From Thermoplasmata archaeon (GTDB taxonomy: Archaea; Thermoplasmatota; Thermoplasmata; Lutacidiplasmatales; UBA184), in contig JASHPY010000077.1 in the NCBI GenBank assembly GCA_030037855.1, positions 2,035 to 66,034 of the forward strand: a DNA stretch of 64,000 nt, read 5' to 3'. Each line of letters opens with the position of its first letter. Positions within the stretch are counted from its first letter, which is position 1. The notes under the pieces were generated by a model. That model did not search any database. It was given only the letters and a program-made list of their open reading frames with translations, and was not told the DNA's origin. Made by a program: the position numbers and the translations under genes. This document shows, piece after piece, positions 47,505 through 57,537 of the stretch.

Positions 47505-48527
47505 TCAGGCACGCGAGAGGCCGAGCGCGCGGTCCGTCCTCGCGATCGAAGCGGGCCCGTCGGGTGCGAGGTCGAACATCGCCCGGATCGCGTCGACGTT
47601 CTCGGGGACCGTCACCGACTCCTGGTGGATCGCCTGGAAGAAATAGGCGTCCCGTCCCTCGAGGCTCACCCCGTCCTCCCAGACGACGTTCTCGGGCACG
47701 TCGTCGAGACCGAGCCCGCGGCCCCGGGCGAACTCCATCACCTGCGGCGTTCCGTTCGCCTGCTCCCACGGCGCGAAGACGCGGAACCGGGGCGTGGAGC
47801 GGAGCGCCGCGACGAGCTCGGCGGCGCTCGCTGGCGCCGACCGCAGGCGAACGTGATTGACGTGCACGTGCATCAGGGTCGTGGGCACGACGACCGCGAC
47901 GGTCGAGATCTCGAGATCGGGGAAGATCGTTCGGACGTCCGGCCCGTGATGGGACGGGATGTGGAGCGACGGCACGATGCCGTTGATCGGCCCCTTCTTC
48001 GACTCGGCGGGGTCGGCCGCCCGTCGCACGAGCGTGACGTCCCAGCGCTCGACGCCCCACCGGGGGAGGAGGACCGCGACGGCCCGCGAGATGCCGGTGG
48101 TGTTGCAGGAGACGACCCGCACGCGGCGTTTCCCGCGCGCGGCCGCGTAGTTCCCGAGCGCGTTGAAGGAGACGTCGGCGACCGACGCCTTCTCTCCTCC
48201 CTGAAAGACGGCCCGGACGTTCGCGGCATCGTAGAGCGCACGGTTCTCCGCCCCGACTTTGTCCGGCGTCGCGTCCACGACCACGTCCGCGCGCGCGACC
48301 ATCTCCTTCACCGTCCCGGCGACCTGGAGCCCCGCCGCGTCGAAGTCGGACCGTACCGCGTCGGCGGCCAGATAGAGCGGATAGCCGAGGTCGACCGCGC
48401 GACGCGCGTCGAAGCTCGGGCGGGTCTTCGCCACCCCGACGAGCTCGAGGTCCGGCTGCTTCGCGACCGCGTCCGCTACGCGCTTGCCGATCGTCCCGTA
48501 GCCGTTGACCGCCACGCGAACCCGCAC
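47505..48527 (-). CDS. gap: Type II (archaeal) glyceraldehyde-3-phosphate dehydrogenase
   Basis: NGYGTIGKRVADAV, FQGGEK, VVSCNTTG, PSHHGPDV, QAIHQES..VPENVDAIRAM. Confidence 0.96.
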   Translation of the reverse strand: MRVRVAVNGYGTIGKRVADAVAKQPDLELVGVAKTRPSFDARRAVDLGYPLYLAADAVRSDFDAAGLQVAGTVKEMVARADVVVDATPDKVGAENRALYDAANVRAVFQGGEKASVADVSFNALGNYAAARGKRRVRVVSCNTTGISRAVAVLLPRWGVERWDVTLVRRAADPAESKKGPINGIVPSLHIPSHHGPDVRTIFPDLEISTVAVVVPTTLMHVHVNHVRLRSAPASAAELVAALRSTPRFRVFAPWEQANGTPQVMEFARGRGLGLDDVPENVVWEDGVSLEGRDAYFFQAIHQESVTVPENVDAIRAMFDLAPDGPASIARTDRALGLSRA

Positions 48528-48642
48528 GACGACCGAGCCTCGGCCGCTCCGAGCGGCGGCCGGGATAAAGGCGTTCCTCGGGCGCGGTCCGGACGCGGGG
48601 CACTATCCTTAATCCCCGCGCCGCCGTCGCCGCGGGACCCCC

Positions 48643-49833
48643 ATGGAGTTCCGGCTCAACGACGAGGAGGCGGCGTTCCAGGCCGCGGTCCGCAAGTTCG
48701 GGGACCGCGTCCTTCGCACCCACGAGCGCCAGATCGACGCCGACGGGCGGATACCGGACGACGTGCTGCACGCGATGGCGGAGCTCGGGCTCCTCGCGAT
48801 GCCGGTCCCGACCGAGTACGGGGGGATCGGCGCCTCCGCGGTGCTCACCGAGCTCGCGGCCGAGGAGGTCGGACGCGGTGACTTCTCGATGGCGACCGCG
48901 GTGTTCTTTCTGCTCGAGGCCGGTTGGGGCTACCTGCTCTCCCGTCACGGCACGGAGGCGGCGAAGCGCGAGGTGCTGCCCCCCGTGTGCCGGGGGGAAG
49001 CGTTCCTCGGGATCGCCACGACCGAACCGACCGGTGGAAGCGACCTCGCGGGCCTCAAGACCACCTCTCGCCGGGACGGGGCGAAGTTCGTCCTGCACGG
49101 CGAGAAGGCGTTCGTCTCGGGCGTCGAAGAGGCGAAGCGGCTGGGCGGCGGCCACCTGACGCTGTCGAAATCGCCGGCCGGCGGGTTCAACTTCCTCTAC
49201 GTCCCGACGCGCTCGAGCGGCGTCACGACCCAACGGTTCGAGAACATGGGCCGGATGGGGATCTCGACCGGCGGGCTCACCTACGCGGACGTGGCCGTCC
49301 CCGATCGGTATCTCGTCGGCTCGGAAGGGAAAGGGTTCGAATGCGCGATGGAAGGGTTCTCGGTCGCGCGGACGTTCGTGAGCGCGGCGTGCATCGGCGC
49401 CGCCGAGCGGGCGCTCGAGACCGGGATGAAGTATATCCGGGAGCGGACCGCCTTCGGCCAGCCGCTCGGGAAGTTCGAGGCGATCCAGTTCGAGCTGGTC
49501 GACCTCTGGGCCCAGGTCGAAGCGGTGAAGTGGCAGTGCCGCCGGGCGGCGTGGCTGCTCGACACCTACACCATGAAGGGGGACCGCTCCCACCGCTCGG
49601 AAGTCGACCTCGCGGTCGCGAGCGTCAAGCTCACGGCGCCGCCGATCGCGTTCGAGTGCGTGAAGCGCGTGATGATGTGGTTCGGCGCCGCGGGGTACAC
49701 GAAGGACGTCGGGCTCGAGCTCGGGCTCCGCGGGATCATGTCGTACCTGGTCGGTGCGGAGGGGGGCCTGAACATCATGCGGATCATCCTCGGCCGGGAG
49801 CTCCTCGGGAAGGAGTTCCTCCCGTACAAGTGA
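48643..49833 (+). CDS. Acyl-CoA dehydrogenase
   Basis: P.EYGG.G, TEPTGGSD, G.KAFVS, R.AFGQPLGKF.AIQF, G..GY. Confidence 0.92.
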   Translation: MEFRLNDEEAAFQAAVRKFGDRVLRTHERQIDADGRIPDDVLHAMAELGLLAMPVPTEYGGIGASAVLTELAAEEVGRGDFSMATAVFFLLEAGWGYLLSRHGTEAAKREVLPPVCRGEAFLGIATTEPTGGSDLAGLKTTSRRDGAKFVLHGEKAFVSGVEEAKRLGGGHLTLSKSPAGGFNFLYVPTRSSGVTTQRFENMGRMGISTGGLTYADVAVPDRYLVGSEGKGFECAMEGFSVARTFVSAACIGAAERALETGMKYIRERTAFGQPLGKFEAIQFELVDLWAQVEAVKWQCRRAAWLLDTYTMKGDRSHRSEVDLAVASVKLTAPPIAFECVKRVMMWFGAAGYTKDVGLELGLRGIMSYLVGAEGGLNIMRIILGRELLGKEFLPYK

Positions 49834-49840
49834 GCGGGCG

Positions 49841-50914
49841 ATGAGGACGGGGGCCCGGCGCCGGTCGCCGCCGGTCCGGGAACGCGAGTTCCACGAGCGG
49901 CTCGCCCGCGCGCTTCCCGCCGGACGCGGGGGCCTCCTCCCGCTCGGAGACGACGCGACCGCGCTCCGCCCTCCCCCCGGACGCGTGGCGGTCGTCTCGA
50001 CGGACACGCTGGTCGAGGGCACGCACTTCCTGCCGTCGTCGCCGCCGCAGCGGATCGGCGCGGCCGCGACCGGCGTCAGCCTCTCCGACGTCGCGGCGAA
50101 GGGGGCGACGCCGGACGCGATCCTCCTCGCGCTGGTCCTGCCGGTCGGCACGCCGCAGGCCTGGGCCGAGGCGGTCGTCCTCGGTGCCGAACGGTTCGGG
50201 GCCCGGTTCGGCGCGCACGTCGTCGGCGGGGACACGAAGCCCGGCCCCGTGCGCGCGGTCGTCAGCACCGTGCTCGGCTGGGGTCGGGCCGGTCAGCTCG
50301 CCCCCCGGACGGGGGCGCGACCCGGGGACGTCCTCGTGACGACCGGAGAGGTCGGGCGTGGGGGCCTCGCAGCCGCCCGCCTCGCCGCGGGCGGCGTCCG
50401 CGGGCGACGGGCCGTGGTCGACCTCCTGGACGTGCGGCCGCGCGTCCGCGAAGGGATCGCGCTCGCCCCGATCGCTCGCGCCCTGATCGACACCTCGGAC
50501 GGGATTGCCGAGGCGGCGCGGCTCCTGGCCCGCGCGAGCCGGGCTCGGGTCGTCGTCGAGGAGGCGCGGCTACCGTACGCCCGGGAGCTCGAGCAGGTAG
50601 CTTCGACCCCGGGGCGACGACGCGCGGTGGCGTTCTACGGCGGCGACTACGAGCTGCTCGCGGCCGTCCCGCGGCGCGCGCTCCCGCGGGCGGTCGCGGC
50701 GGTCCGGCGGGCCGGGGGGCAGATCACCGTCGTCGGTCGGGTCGAACGGGGTCGCGGGGCGTGGATCGAGACCCTCCGACGGCGCCTCCCGATGCCCGAA
50801 CCGGGCTGGCAGCCGTTCGGGTCGAGCTCGAGCCGCGTCGCGGGAGGCACGACGGTTCGTCCGTTGTCGAAAGGCGTGCGCCACCGTCGCAAGGTTCGCG
50901 CTACGCTCAAGTAG
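49841..50914 (+). CDS. thiL: Thiamine-monophosphate kinase
   Basis: GDDA, STD.LVEGTHF, LSDVAAKGA.P, VGGDT, DTSDG, GGDYELL. Confidence 0.92.
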   Translation: MRTGARRRSPPVREREFHERLARALPAGRGGLLPLGDDATALRPPPGRVAVVSTDTLVEGTHFLPSSPPQRIGAAATGVSLSDVAAKGATPDAILLALVLPVGTPQAWAEAVVLGAERFGARFGAHVVGGDTKPGPVRAVVSTVLGWGRAGQLAPRTGARPGDVLVTTGEVGRGGLAAARLAAGGVRGRRAVVDLLDVRPRVREGIALAPIARALIDTSDGIAEAARLLARASRARVVVEEARLPYARELEQVASTPGRRRAVAFYGGDYELLAAVPRRALPRAVAAVRRAGGQITVVGRVERGRGAWIETLRRRLPMPEPGWQPFGSSSSRVAGGTTVRPLSKGVRHRRKVRATLK

Positions 50915-50953
50915 GGGTTCCCGGGTCCCCGCGCTACCCGCGAGGGGCCCACC

Positions 50954-52210
50954 ATGGCAAACACCTCTATCAATCCGTTTGAGACGGCGAAGCAACAGGT
51001 CGATATCGTCGCGGAGCTGATCGGGATCAACGACGGCGTCCGCGAGGTGCTGAAGCACCCGAAGCGAGAGCTCGCGGTCAACTTCCCGGTCCGGATGGAC
51101 GATGGTTCCTACCGCGTCTACACCGGCTACCGCGTCCAGTACAACATGGCGCGCGGCCCGACCAAGGGCGGGGTCCGCTACCATCCGCAGGTGACGCTCG
51201 ACGAGGTGCGGGCGCTCGCGGCCTGGATGACGTGGAAGTGCGCGGTCGTCGACATCCCGTACGGGGGCGCGAAGGGCGGGGTGGTCTGCGACCCGAAGCA
51301 CATGTCCCGCGAGGAGCTCGAGCGCCTCACGCGGCGCTACGCGTCCGAGATCGCTCCGATCATCGGTCCCGAGATGGACATCCCCGCCCCGGACGTCTAC
51401 ACGGACAGCCAGACGATGGCGTGGATCATGGACACCTACTCGATGCTGAAGGGCTACTCGGTCCCGGGCGTGGTCACGGGTAAGCCGATCAGCCTCGGAG
51501 GCAGCGAAGGGCGGGGCGAGGCGACCGGGCGCGGGTGCGCCTACGTGATCCGCGAGGCCGCGAAGGACCTCGGGCTCAAGGTGAAGGGGGCGCCCGTCGC
51601 CATCCAGGGTTTCGGGAACGCAGGGAGCGTCGCCGCGAACATCCTGAACGACGAGCAGGGCGCGAAGATCGTCGCGGTCTCGGATTCGAAGGGCGGGATC
51701 TACAAGGCGGACGGGCTGAACCCGCACACGGTCGAGGAGCACAAGGCGAAGACCGGATCGGTCGTCGGATTCCCCGGCGCGAAGTCGATCTCGAACGACG
51801 AGGTCCTCGAAGCGAAGGCCGACATCCTCGTGCCCGCCGCGCTCGAGAACCAGATCACGAAGAAGAACGCCGACAAGATCCAGGCGAAGATCGTCGCGGA
51901 GGCGGCGAACGGTCCGACGCTGCCCGAGGCGGACGCGATCCTCTTCGAGAAGAAGGTCACGGTCCTCCCCGACGTTCTCGCGAACGCCGGCGGCGTGACC
52001 GTCAGCTATTTCGAGTGGGCGCAGGACATCCAGGGCTACTTCTGGGCGCTCGACGAGGTCAACACCCGGCTCGAGCGCACGATGGTCCGCTCCTACAACG
52101 CGGTCCACAAGGTCGCGACCGAGCGCAAGGTCCACAACCGCACGGCCGCGTACGTCGTCGCGATCCAGCGGGTCGTGGACGCGATCAAGATCCGGGGCAT
52201 CTACCCGTAA
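50954..52210 (+). CDS. gdhA: Glutamate dehydrogenase
   Basis: GPTKGGVRYHP, MTWKCA, GGAKGG, DIPAPD, VTGKP, IQGFGNAG, EAANGP, NAGGVTVSYFEW. Confidence 0.96.
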   Translation: MANTSINPFETAKQQVDIVAELIGINDGVREVLKHPKRELAVNFPVRMDDGSYRVYTGYRVQYNMARGPTKGGVRYHPQVTLDEVRALAAWMTWKCAVVDIPYGGAKGGVVCDPKHMSREELERLTRRYASEIAPIIGPEMDIPAPDVYTDSQTMAWIMDTYSMLKGYSVPGVVTGKPISLGGSEGRGEATGRGCAYVIREAAKDLGLKVKGAPVAIQGFGNAGSVAANILNDEQGAKIVAVSDSKGGIYKADGLNPHTVEEHKAKTGSVVGFPGAKSISNDEVLEAKADILVPAALENQITKKNADKIQAKIVAEAANGPTLPEADAILFEKKVTVLPDVLANAGGVTVSYFEWAQDIQGYFWALDEVNTRLERTMVRSYNAVHKVATERKVHNRTAAYVVAIQRVVDAIKIRGIYP

Positions 52211-52235
52211 GGCGCGCGGGCACGGCGAGGGTCGG

Positions 52236-52850
52236 ATGGCGGACCTTCCCCGGTGCCGCCGCGCGACCTGGGCGGACGTCGACGGCTGGGCGGACCGCGT
52301 GGCCGCGAAGGTGCAGGAACGGGCGGCGACGCCGACCACGATCGTCGGGCTCACGCGCGGCGGCTGGGTGCCGGCCCGGCTCCTCGCCGACCGTCTCGGA
52401 GTGAAGCGCCTCGTCTCGCTCCGGGCGCAGCACTGGGGGATCACGGCGACCCCGACCGGCGCCGCCGAGATCACGGAGGGGCTGAGCGGGCCGATCGTCG
52501 GCGAGCACGTGCTCGTCGTCGACGACATCACCGACACCGGCGAGAGCCTCGGCCTCGCGGTCGAGCACGTGCGCGCGAAAGCTCCGCGCCGGGTCGAGAG
52601 CGCGACGTTCCTGCACATCACGCGCTCGAAGCTCGAACCGACCTACTACGCCGAGGCGATCCCGCGGGACGCCTGGGTCTGGGTCGTCTTCCCGTGGAAC
52701 TACTGGGAGGACCTCACGACCCTCGCGGCGCGCGCGGCCGCGGGGACCCCGGGAATCGACCCGGTGCGCGCGACCCTCCTCGCGCGATGCGGGCTCGACG
52801 TTCCGCGGGTCGACCTCGAACGGGTCGCTCGGACCGTCCCGCTCGGCTGA
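52236..52850 (+). CDS. Purine phosphoribosyltransferase (Gpt/Hpt-type)
   Basis: GLTRGGWVPA, VLVVDDITDTGES, WVVFPW. Confidence 0.9.
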   Translation: MADLPRCRRATWADVDGWADRVAAKVQERAATPTTIVGLTRGGWVPARLLADRLGVKRLVSLRAQHWGITATPTGAAEITEGLSGPIVGEHVLVVDDITDTGESLGLAVEHVRAKAPRRVESATFLHITRSKLEPTYYAEAIPRDAWVWVVFPWNYWEDLTTLAARAAAGTPGIDPVRATLLARCGLDVPRVDLERVARTVPLG

Positions 52851-52860
52851 GGGAGCGCGA

Positions 52861-53949
52861 CTATCCCGGGGTCGCGGGCTCGACCGACGCCCGCGCGGCG
52901 AGGCCCTTGAAGTACTGCTGCAGGACCCCGGCGCCGATCACGAGACCGAGGCCCGCCACCAGGAGGCCGATGAACAGCGGCAGCCGGGTCGACGAGGCGA
53001 CCCCCTGAAGGTACTCGACCAGGAGGACGATCCCGAAGCTGACGAAGCCGATCCCGATGATCGAGGTCGTCGCGACCGCGAACGAACGGGGGAATCGGCC
53101 GCGCGAGAGCGTCCGACGGATCGCCCGCCCGCACTCCCAGACGACCGCGCCGATGAGCCACCAGAGGATGGCGGCCTGGAGGAAGAACAGGAACCGGTCG
53201 AGCGGGCCCGACGGGCTCGTGGCGTAGCCGTTGTAACCGGAGAGGAAGCCGACGCCGACCAGCGCGATCGCGAAGAGGCCGAAGCCGAACGCGACCGACC
53301 CCTGGCGGATGTCGGTCGAGGCGCCGCGGATCGACTCGATGATCGCCTCGTCGACGTCGAACGTCCAGAAGATCAGATAGACGCCGAGCACGACCGCGAG
53401 CCCGATCACCCCCCAGATCACGACGTTCGCCGCGGCCGCGATCCCGAGGATGAGGAGGACGAGCGCGATCGGGAGCACGGTCTTCGCGCGGAGCTTCGGG
53501 TCCTTGAGCGCCCGGACGACCGTGTAGTACGTCGACTCGATCGATGCGCTCTGCCGCACGTAGACGCGACGGACGCCGTCGACCTTGACCCGCGACGCGA
53601 GGATCGGGAACAGGAACTCGTCCTCGGCCCCGTCGCTGACGAGATACGCCGACTTCGCGCCGGTCCGCCCGAGGACCGCATCGAACTGGTCGGCGACCCT
53701 CCGGTCGGAGACGACACCGACCTTCGGCGAGCCGGTGAGGACGCAGACCTCCCACTCCTCCCCCGTCCCCCGGAGCTCGTCCAGGAGGTTCACCGCGGCG
53801 AACAGCGCGTTCGTGTCCGAGTCCTCGGGGTCGGACGTGCCGAGACGCACCGCCGCGTCGAGGACGTTCGCGCGTCCGACGACCGGGCCGGCAACCGACG
53901 CTTTCCGGCCGAGATCGTCGTCGCGGTCGATGCAGACGACGAGCCGCAT
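52861..53949 (-). CDS. DUF373 family archaeal membrane protein
   Basis: LVVCIDRDDDLGRKA, DPEDSDTN, VSDGAEDE, VRQS.SIESTYY. Confidence 0.92.
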   Translation of the reverse strand: MRLVVCIDRDDDLGRKASVAGPVVGRANVLDAAVRLGTSDPEDSDTNALFAAVNLLDELRGTGEEWEVCVLTGSPKVGVVSDRRVADQFDAVLGRTGAKSAYLVSDGAEDEFLFPILASRVKVDGVRRVYVRQSASIESTYYTVVRALKDPKLRAKTVLPIALVLLILGIAAAANVVIWGVIGLAVVLGVYLIFWTFDVDEAIIESIRGASTDIRQGSVAFGFGLFAIALVGVGFLSGYNGYATSPSGPLDRFLFFLQAAILWWLIGAVVWECGRAIRRTLSRGRFPRSFAVATTSIIGIGFVSFGIVLLVEYLQGVASSTRLPLFIGLLVAGLGLVIGAGVLQQYFKGLAARASVEPATPG

Positions 53950-54081
53950 GGCCGGCGAAGTATGCCCCGCGGGGAGCATAATGGCTCGTCTCGTTCCGGG
54001 GCCCCGCGACGAACGACCCCCCGTCCGCGCGGTGCCGCCGGTGACGCTTTTAGGTGGGGGAGGCCCCTCTCCCGCCGAACG

Positions 54082-55509
54082 ATGACCGACCTCCCCGACA
54101 AGACGACCGCGTTCATGGACTGGTACCTCGCGGTCGTCGAGGCCGCGAACCTCACCGACAAGCGCTACCCGGTGAAGGGGCTGAACGTCTGGACCGCCTA
54201 CGGTTTCCGGGCGCGACGGAACCTGGACGCCGTGCTCGTGCGGGAGATCGAGGCGACCGGTTCCGAGGCGGTCGAGTTCCCGGCGCTGATCCCGGCAACC
54301 GAGTTCGCGAAGGAGAAGGAGCACATCAAGGGGTTCGATGCCGAGGTCTACTGGGTCACGAAGGGTGGCCTGTCGGACCTCGATGTTCCGCTCGTGCTCC
54401 GGCCCACGAGCGAGACCGCGATGTACCCGGTGTTCGCGCTGTGGATCCGTTCGCACCGGGACCTGCCGCTCAACGTCTACCAGATCGTCAACTCGTTCCG
54501 CTACGAGACGAAGACGACCCGCCCGTTCGTCCGCGTTCGGGAGATCCACTTCTTCGAAGAGCACACGTGCCAGGCGAACGAGGCGCACGCGACCGAGCGC
54601 GTGCGCTCGAACCTCGGGGCGTTCCGCAAGATGGCCGACGCGTTCGCCCTACCGTACCTCGCGATCCGCCGGCCCGACTGGGACAAGTTTCCCGGCGCGT
54701 TCTACACGGTCGCGCTCGACAGCCCCCTCGGCGGGGCGCGCACGCTCCAGCTCGGAAGCATCCATCACTACCGCGAGAACTTCTCGCGGCCGTACGCGAT
54801 CCAGTACGAGGCGGCCGACGGAAGCCAGCAGTTCGTCCACCAGACGACGTTCGGCCTCTCCGAGCGGCTGCTCGGCGCGATCGTCGCGGTCCACGGGGAC
54901 GCGAAGGGCGCGGTCTTCTCGAGCGCGATCGCCCCCTACCAGGTCGTCGTGATCCCGATCCTCGGGAGCGACGTCGGGGAGGCGCCGCTCCGGGTCGCCG
55001 AGGACGTCGCAGCGCGGCTCCGCCGTCACGGATACCGCGCCCATCTGGACGCCGGCGACGACCGCCCCGGCGCGAAGTTCTACCGTTGGGAGCAGGCCGG
55101 CGTTCCGCTGCGGCTCGAGGTCGGGCGGCGGGAGGCCGAGGCGCGGAGCGCGACGTCCGTGGATCGGCTCGGAACGAAGGGGCGCGTGGCGCTCGACCGG
55201 CTCGAGGGAGAGGTAGCGGACCGGCTCGCGGAGTTCGACCGCGCGCTGCGCGCGCGGGCGGACGCCGCGTTCGCCGCGTCGTTCTCGGTCGCCCGTTCGC
55301 TCGCCGAGCTCGCGGGCTCGACCCGCGTCCGGATCGTCGCGTGGTGCGGCAGCGAGGCGTGCGGCCATCAGATCGAGAGCGGGATCGATGGAGCGCTCCT
55401 CGGCACGCCCGAGGATGCGCTGCCGATCGATCCCGGAGCGCCCGGACCGTGCATCGGCTGCGGCGGGACCGAATCGACCCGTTGGGCGCTCGCGGGCCAG
55501 CCGCTCTGA
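54082..55509 (+). CDS. proS: Proline--tRNA ligase (archaeal/eukaryotic type)
   Basis: RYPVKG, LRPTSETAMY, FRYETK.TRP..R.REI.FFE, DKFPGA, TFGLSERL, C-terminal Cys4 zinc domain. Confidence 0.95.
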   Translation: MTDLPDKTTAFMDWYLAVVEAANLTDKRYPVKGLNVWTAYGFRARRNLDAVLVREIEATGSEAVEFPALIPATEFAKEKEHIKGFDAEVYWVTKGGLSDLDVPLVLRPTSETAMYPVFALWIRSHRDLPLNVYQIVNSFRYETKTTRPFVRVREIHFFEEHTCQANEAHATERVRSNLGAFRKMADAFALPYLAIRRPDWDKFPGAFYTVALDSPLGGARTLQLGSIHHYRENFSRPYAIQYEAADGSQQFVHQTTFGLSERLLGAIVAVHGDAKGAVFSSAIAPYQVVVIPILGSDVGEAPLRVAEDVAARLRRHGYRAHLDAGDDRPGAKFYRWEQAGVPLRLEVGRREAEARSATSVDRLGTKGRVALDRLEGEVADRLAEFDRALRARADAAFAASFSVARSLAELAGSTRVRIVAWCGSEACGHQIESGIDGALLGTPEDALPIDPGAPGPCIGCGGTESTRWALAGQPL

Positions 55510-55525
55510 CGGACGGACGCGCGCC

Positions 55526-55792
55526 CTACGTCGAGGGCGGGATCGGAACCGGAGGATTCGGCAGGACGAGCCACATCCCCGAGAGCCCGAAGAGGAGCAA
55601 GGTGATCACGACCGCGTAGACCCCGTTGTCGAGCCACACGCCGAACGCCACCCCCCACCACACGTAGAACGCGACCGCGAGAACGACCAGCGACGCGAAC
55701 CCCCAGAACGAGACGCGGCGCACGAGCGACATCTCGCGGAGCCGTACCGGCTCGGGCGCCGGTTCGGGTGCGGAGGGCGGGTCGGTCGCCAT
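55526..55792 (-). CDS. Small two-helix membrane protein
   Basis: Two TM helices joined by W.DNGVYAV. Confidence 0.7.
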   Translation of the reverse strand: MATDPPSAPEPAPEPVRLREMSLVRRVSFWGFASLVVLAVAFYVWWGVAFGVWLDNGVYAVVITLLLFGLSGMWLVLPNPPVPIPPST

Positions 55793-55911
55793 CGAGGGTC
55801 GATGACCCGGACCTCGTTAAATAACCCTTGCGGAGCCGCGCGCGGTCCCCGAACGGGCCGGAGCGGGACCGGCCAAATTCTTAACCGATACCCCGGGCTA
55901 GAACCGTCCCG

Positions 55912-57492
55912 ATGCCGGAGGCGCCCGTCCCCGAGGAGCCGAAGCGGGAGGACACCTCCCGCTTCGAGCGGCTTTCGCCCGACCAGCACCGCATCCTCGC
56001 CTACGCGAGCTCGATCGGTTCCGAGTTCGATTTCCCGCTCCTGGCGAACGCGATGGGGGTGGAGGAGGAGTGGCTCGCGGAGCATCTCGAGCGCCTCGTC
56101 CATCTCGGGGTGCTGCGCGAGCGGACCGGCGGCGACCGGTTCGCGTTCGCCACGGAGGAGTTCCGAGCGCGGGTCTATCGCTCGCTGACCGAGAGCCGTC
56201 TGCGGGTACTGCACCGGAAGATCGCGGAAGCGATGCAGCGAATGTACCCCACCGCCCCGGCCGAGGTCGTCGCCGAGCTCGGACGTCACTACTTCCTCGG
56301 AAAGGTCCCCGAGAAGTCCCGCCTGTACAACCGGCTCGCCTCCGAGAACGCCCGAGCGGCCGACGACCCGGAGTCGGCCGTACACTATCTCGAACGGGTC
56401 CGCGTCGACCTCGAGTCGATCCCCGGGGACCACCGCCACGAGCTCGCGGAGATCGACGAGGCGCTCGGCGAGCTCTGCTTCTCGACCGGAAACTTCGCCG
56501 AGGCGGACCGGTACTTCACCGCGGCGCTCGAGCGCCTCGGCAGCGACGAGCCACGGATCCGGGGCCGCTTACTGCTCGCGCGCGGCGAGGTCGCCCGGGA
56601 GAAGCTCGACGTCGAGAGCGCGACCCGCCAGGCGCTCGACGCCCAGCGCCTGTTCGAGGCGACCGACGACCGACTGGGGCGCGCGCAGACCTACCGGCTC
56701 CTCGGCCGGGTCGCGTTCCACCGCGGCCACTACCGCGAGGCGCTCGACGAGAGCATGCGCTCCCTCGACGCGCTCGGGGACCTCCGCGACCCCCGCCTGA
56801 TCGGCGAGCTGTCGATCGACATCGGGAACTCGTTCGCGCTGCTCGGGCCCGAGGTCAACCAGGAGGCGATCGCGTGGTACGAGCGGGCGATCGACCGGTT
56901 GACCCAGGCCGGCGAATGGGTCGAGCTCTCGCGCGCCTACCACAATCTCGGGGTCTCGCTCGGCGAGCGACGGCCGGAGGACGGGCTCGAGCAGCTCGAG
57001 CGCGCCCGGGAGATGGGGGACCGCGCGCACGACCCCCGGTCGGTCGGCCGGGCGCTCCTCTCGGGCGTGGAGTTCCGGCTCGGCCTCGGCCAGTTCGAGG
57101 AGGCGGCGCGGGACAACGAGCAGGCCGGCCGGCTCCTGGAGCGGCTCGACGACGTCCTCGGTCTCGAACAGGTCGAGGTGAACCGGGGCCAGATCGCGGA
57201 GAAGCGGGGCCAGTGGGACGACGCCGAGCGGGCGTACGAGAAGGCGCTGGCGGCGTGCCACCGGTTCCACCTGCGCGCCGACGAGGCGGAGGTCCACTAC
57301 TACCTCGCCCGGCTCCGGTTCAAGACCCGAAACCTGGAGGCGGCCCGCCACGAGCTCAGGGCCGCCGACAACCTCGACCTCACCGACCTACGTCCCGCAC
57401 TGGCCCCCCAGGTCGCGGAGCTGCGACGCCAGCTCGAGGAGCAGGTCGCGCCCGGTGCGTCCGGCCCCGCGGAGCCCGCCCCGCCGTCCTAA
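55912..57492 (+). CDS. wHTH + TPR protein; NTPase-less paralogue of the downstream STAND protein
   Basis: L..A..IG.EF....L...L..L..G.LRE..F...YRSL...R..LH and ELGRHYFLG align with the C-terminal half of 57538..59961. TPR repeats follow. Confidence 0.8.
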   Translation: MPEAPVPEEPKREDTSRFERLSPDQHRILAYASSIGSEFDFPLLANAMGVEEEWLAEHLERLVHLGVLRERTGGDRFAFATEEFRARVYRSLTESRLRVLHRKIAEAMQRMYPTAPAEVVAELGRHYFLGKVPEKSRLYNRLASENARAADDPESAVHYLERVRVDLESIPGDHRHELAEIDEALGELCFSTGNFAEADRYFTAALERLGSDEPRIRGRLLLARGEVAREKLDVESATRQALDAQRLFEATDDRLGRAQTYRLLGRVAFHRGHYREALDESMRSLDALGDLRDPRLIGELSIDIGNSFALLGPEVNQEAIAWYERAIDRLTQAGEWVELSRAYHNLGVSLGERRPEDGLEQLERAREMGDRAHDPRSVGRALLSGVEFRLGLGQFEEAARDNEQAGRLLERLDDVLGLEQVEVNRGQIAEKRGQWDDAERAYEKALAACHRFHLRADEAEVHYYLARLRFKTRNLEAARHELRAADNLDLTDLRPALAPQVAELRRQLEEQVAPGASGPAEPAPPS

Positions 57493-57537
57493 AGCCGTAG
57501 CCGGGATGTACTCACCGAGGCGGCACCGCGCGGGATC

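Noticed and set aside
46780..50268. 1162-aa minus-strand ORF
   Set aside because: Only the last ~219 codons (RpoE1) look real. The rest is an Arg/Pro/Gly-rich shadow frame over gap, the acyl-CoA dehydrogenase gene and thiL.
50820..50914. Basic C-terminal tail on ThiL as an extra domain
   Set aside because: It is low-complexity read-through to the next stop codon, as seen for several other genes here.
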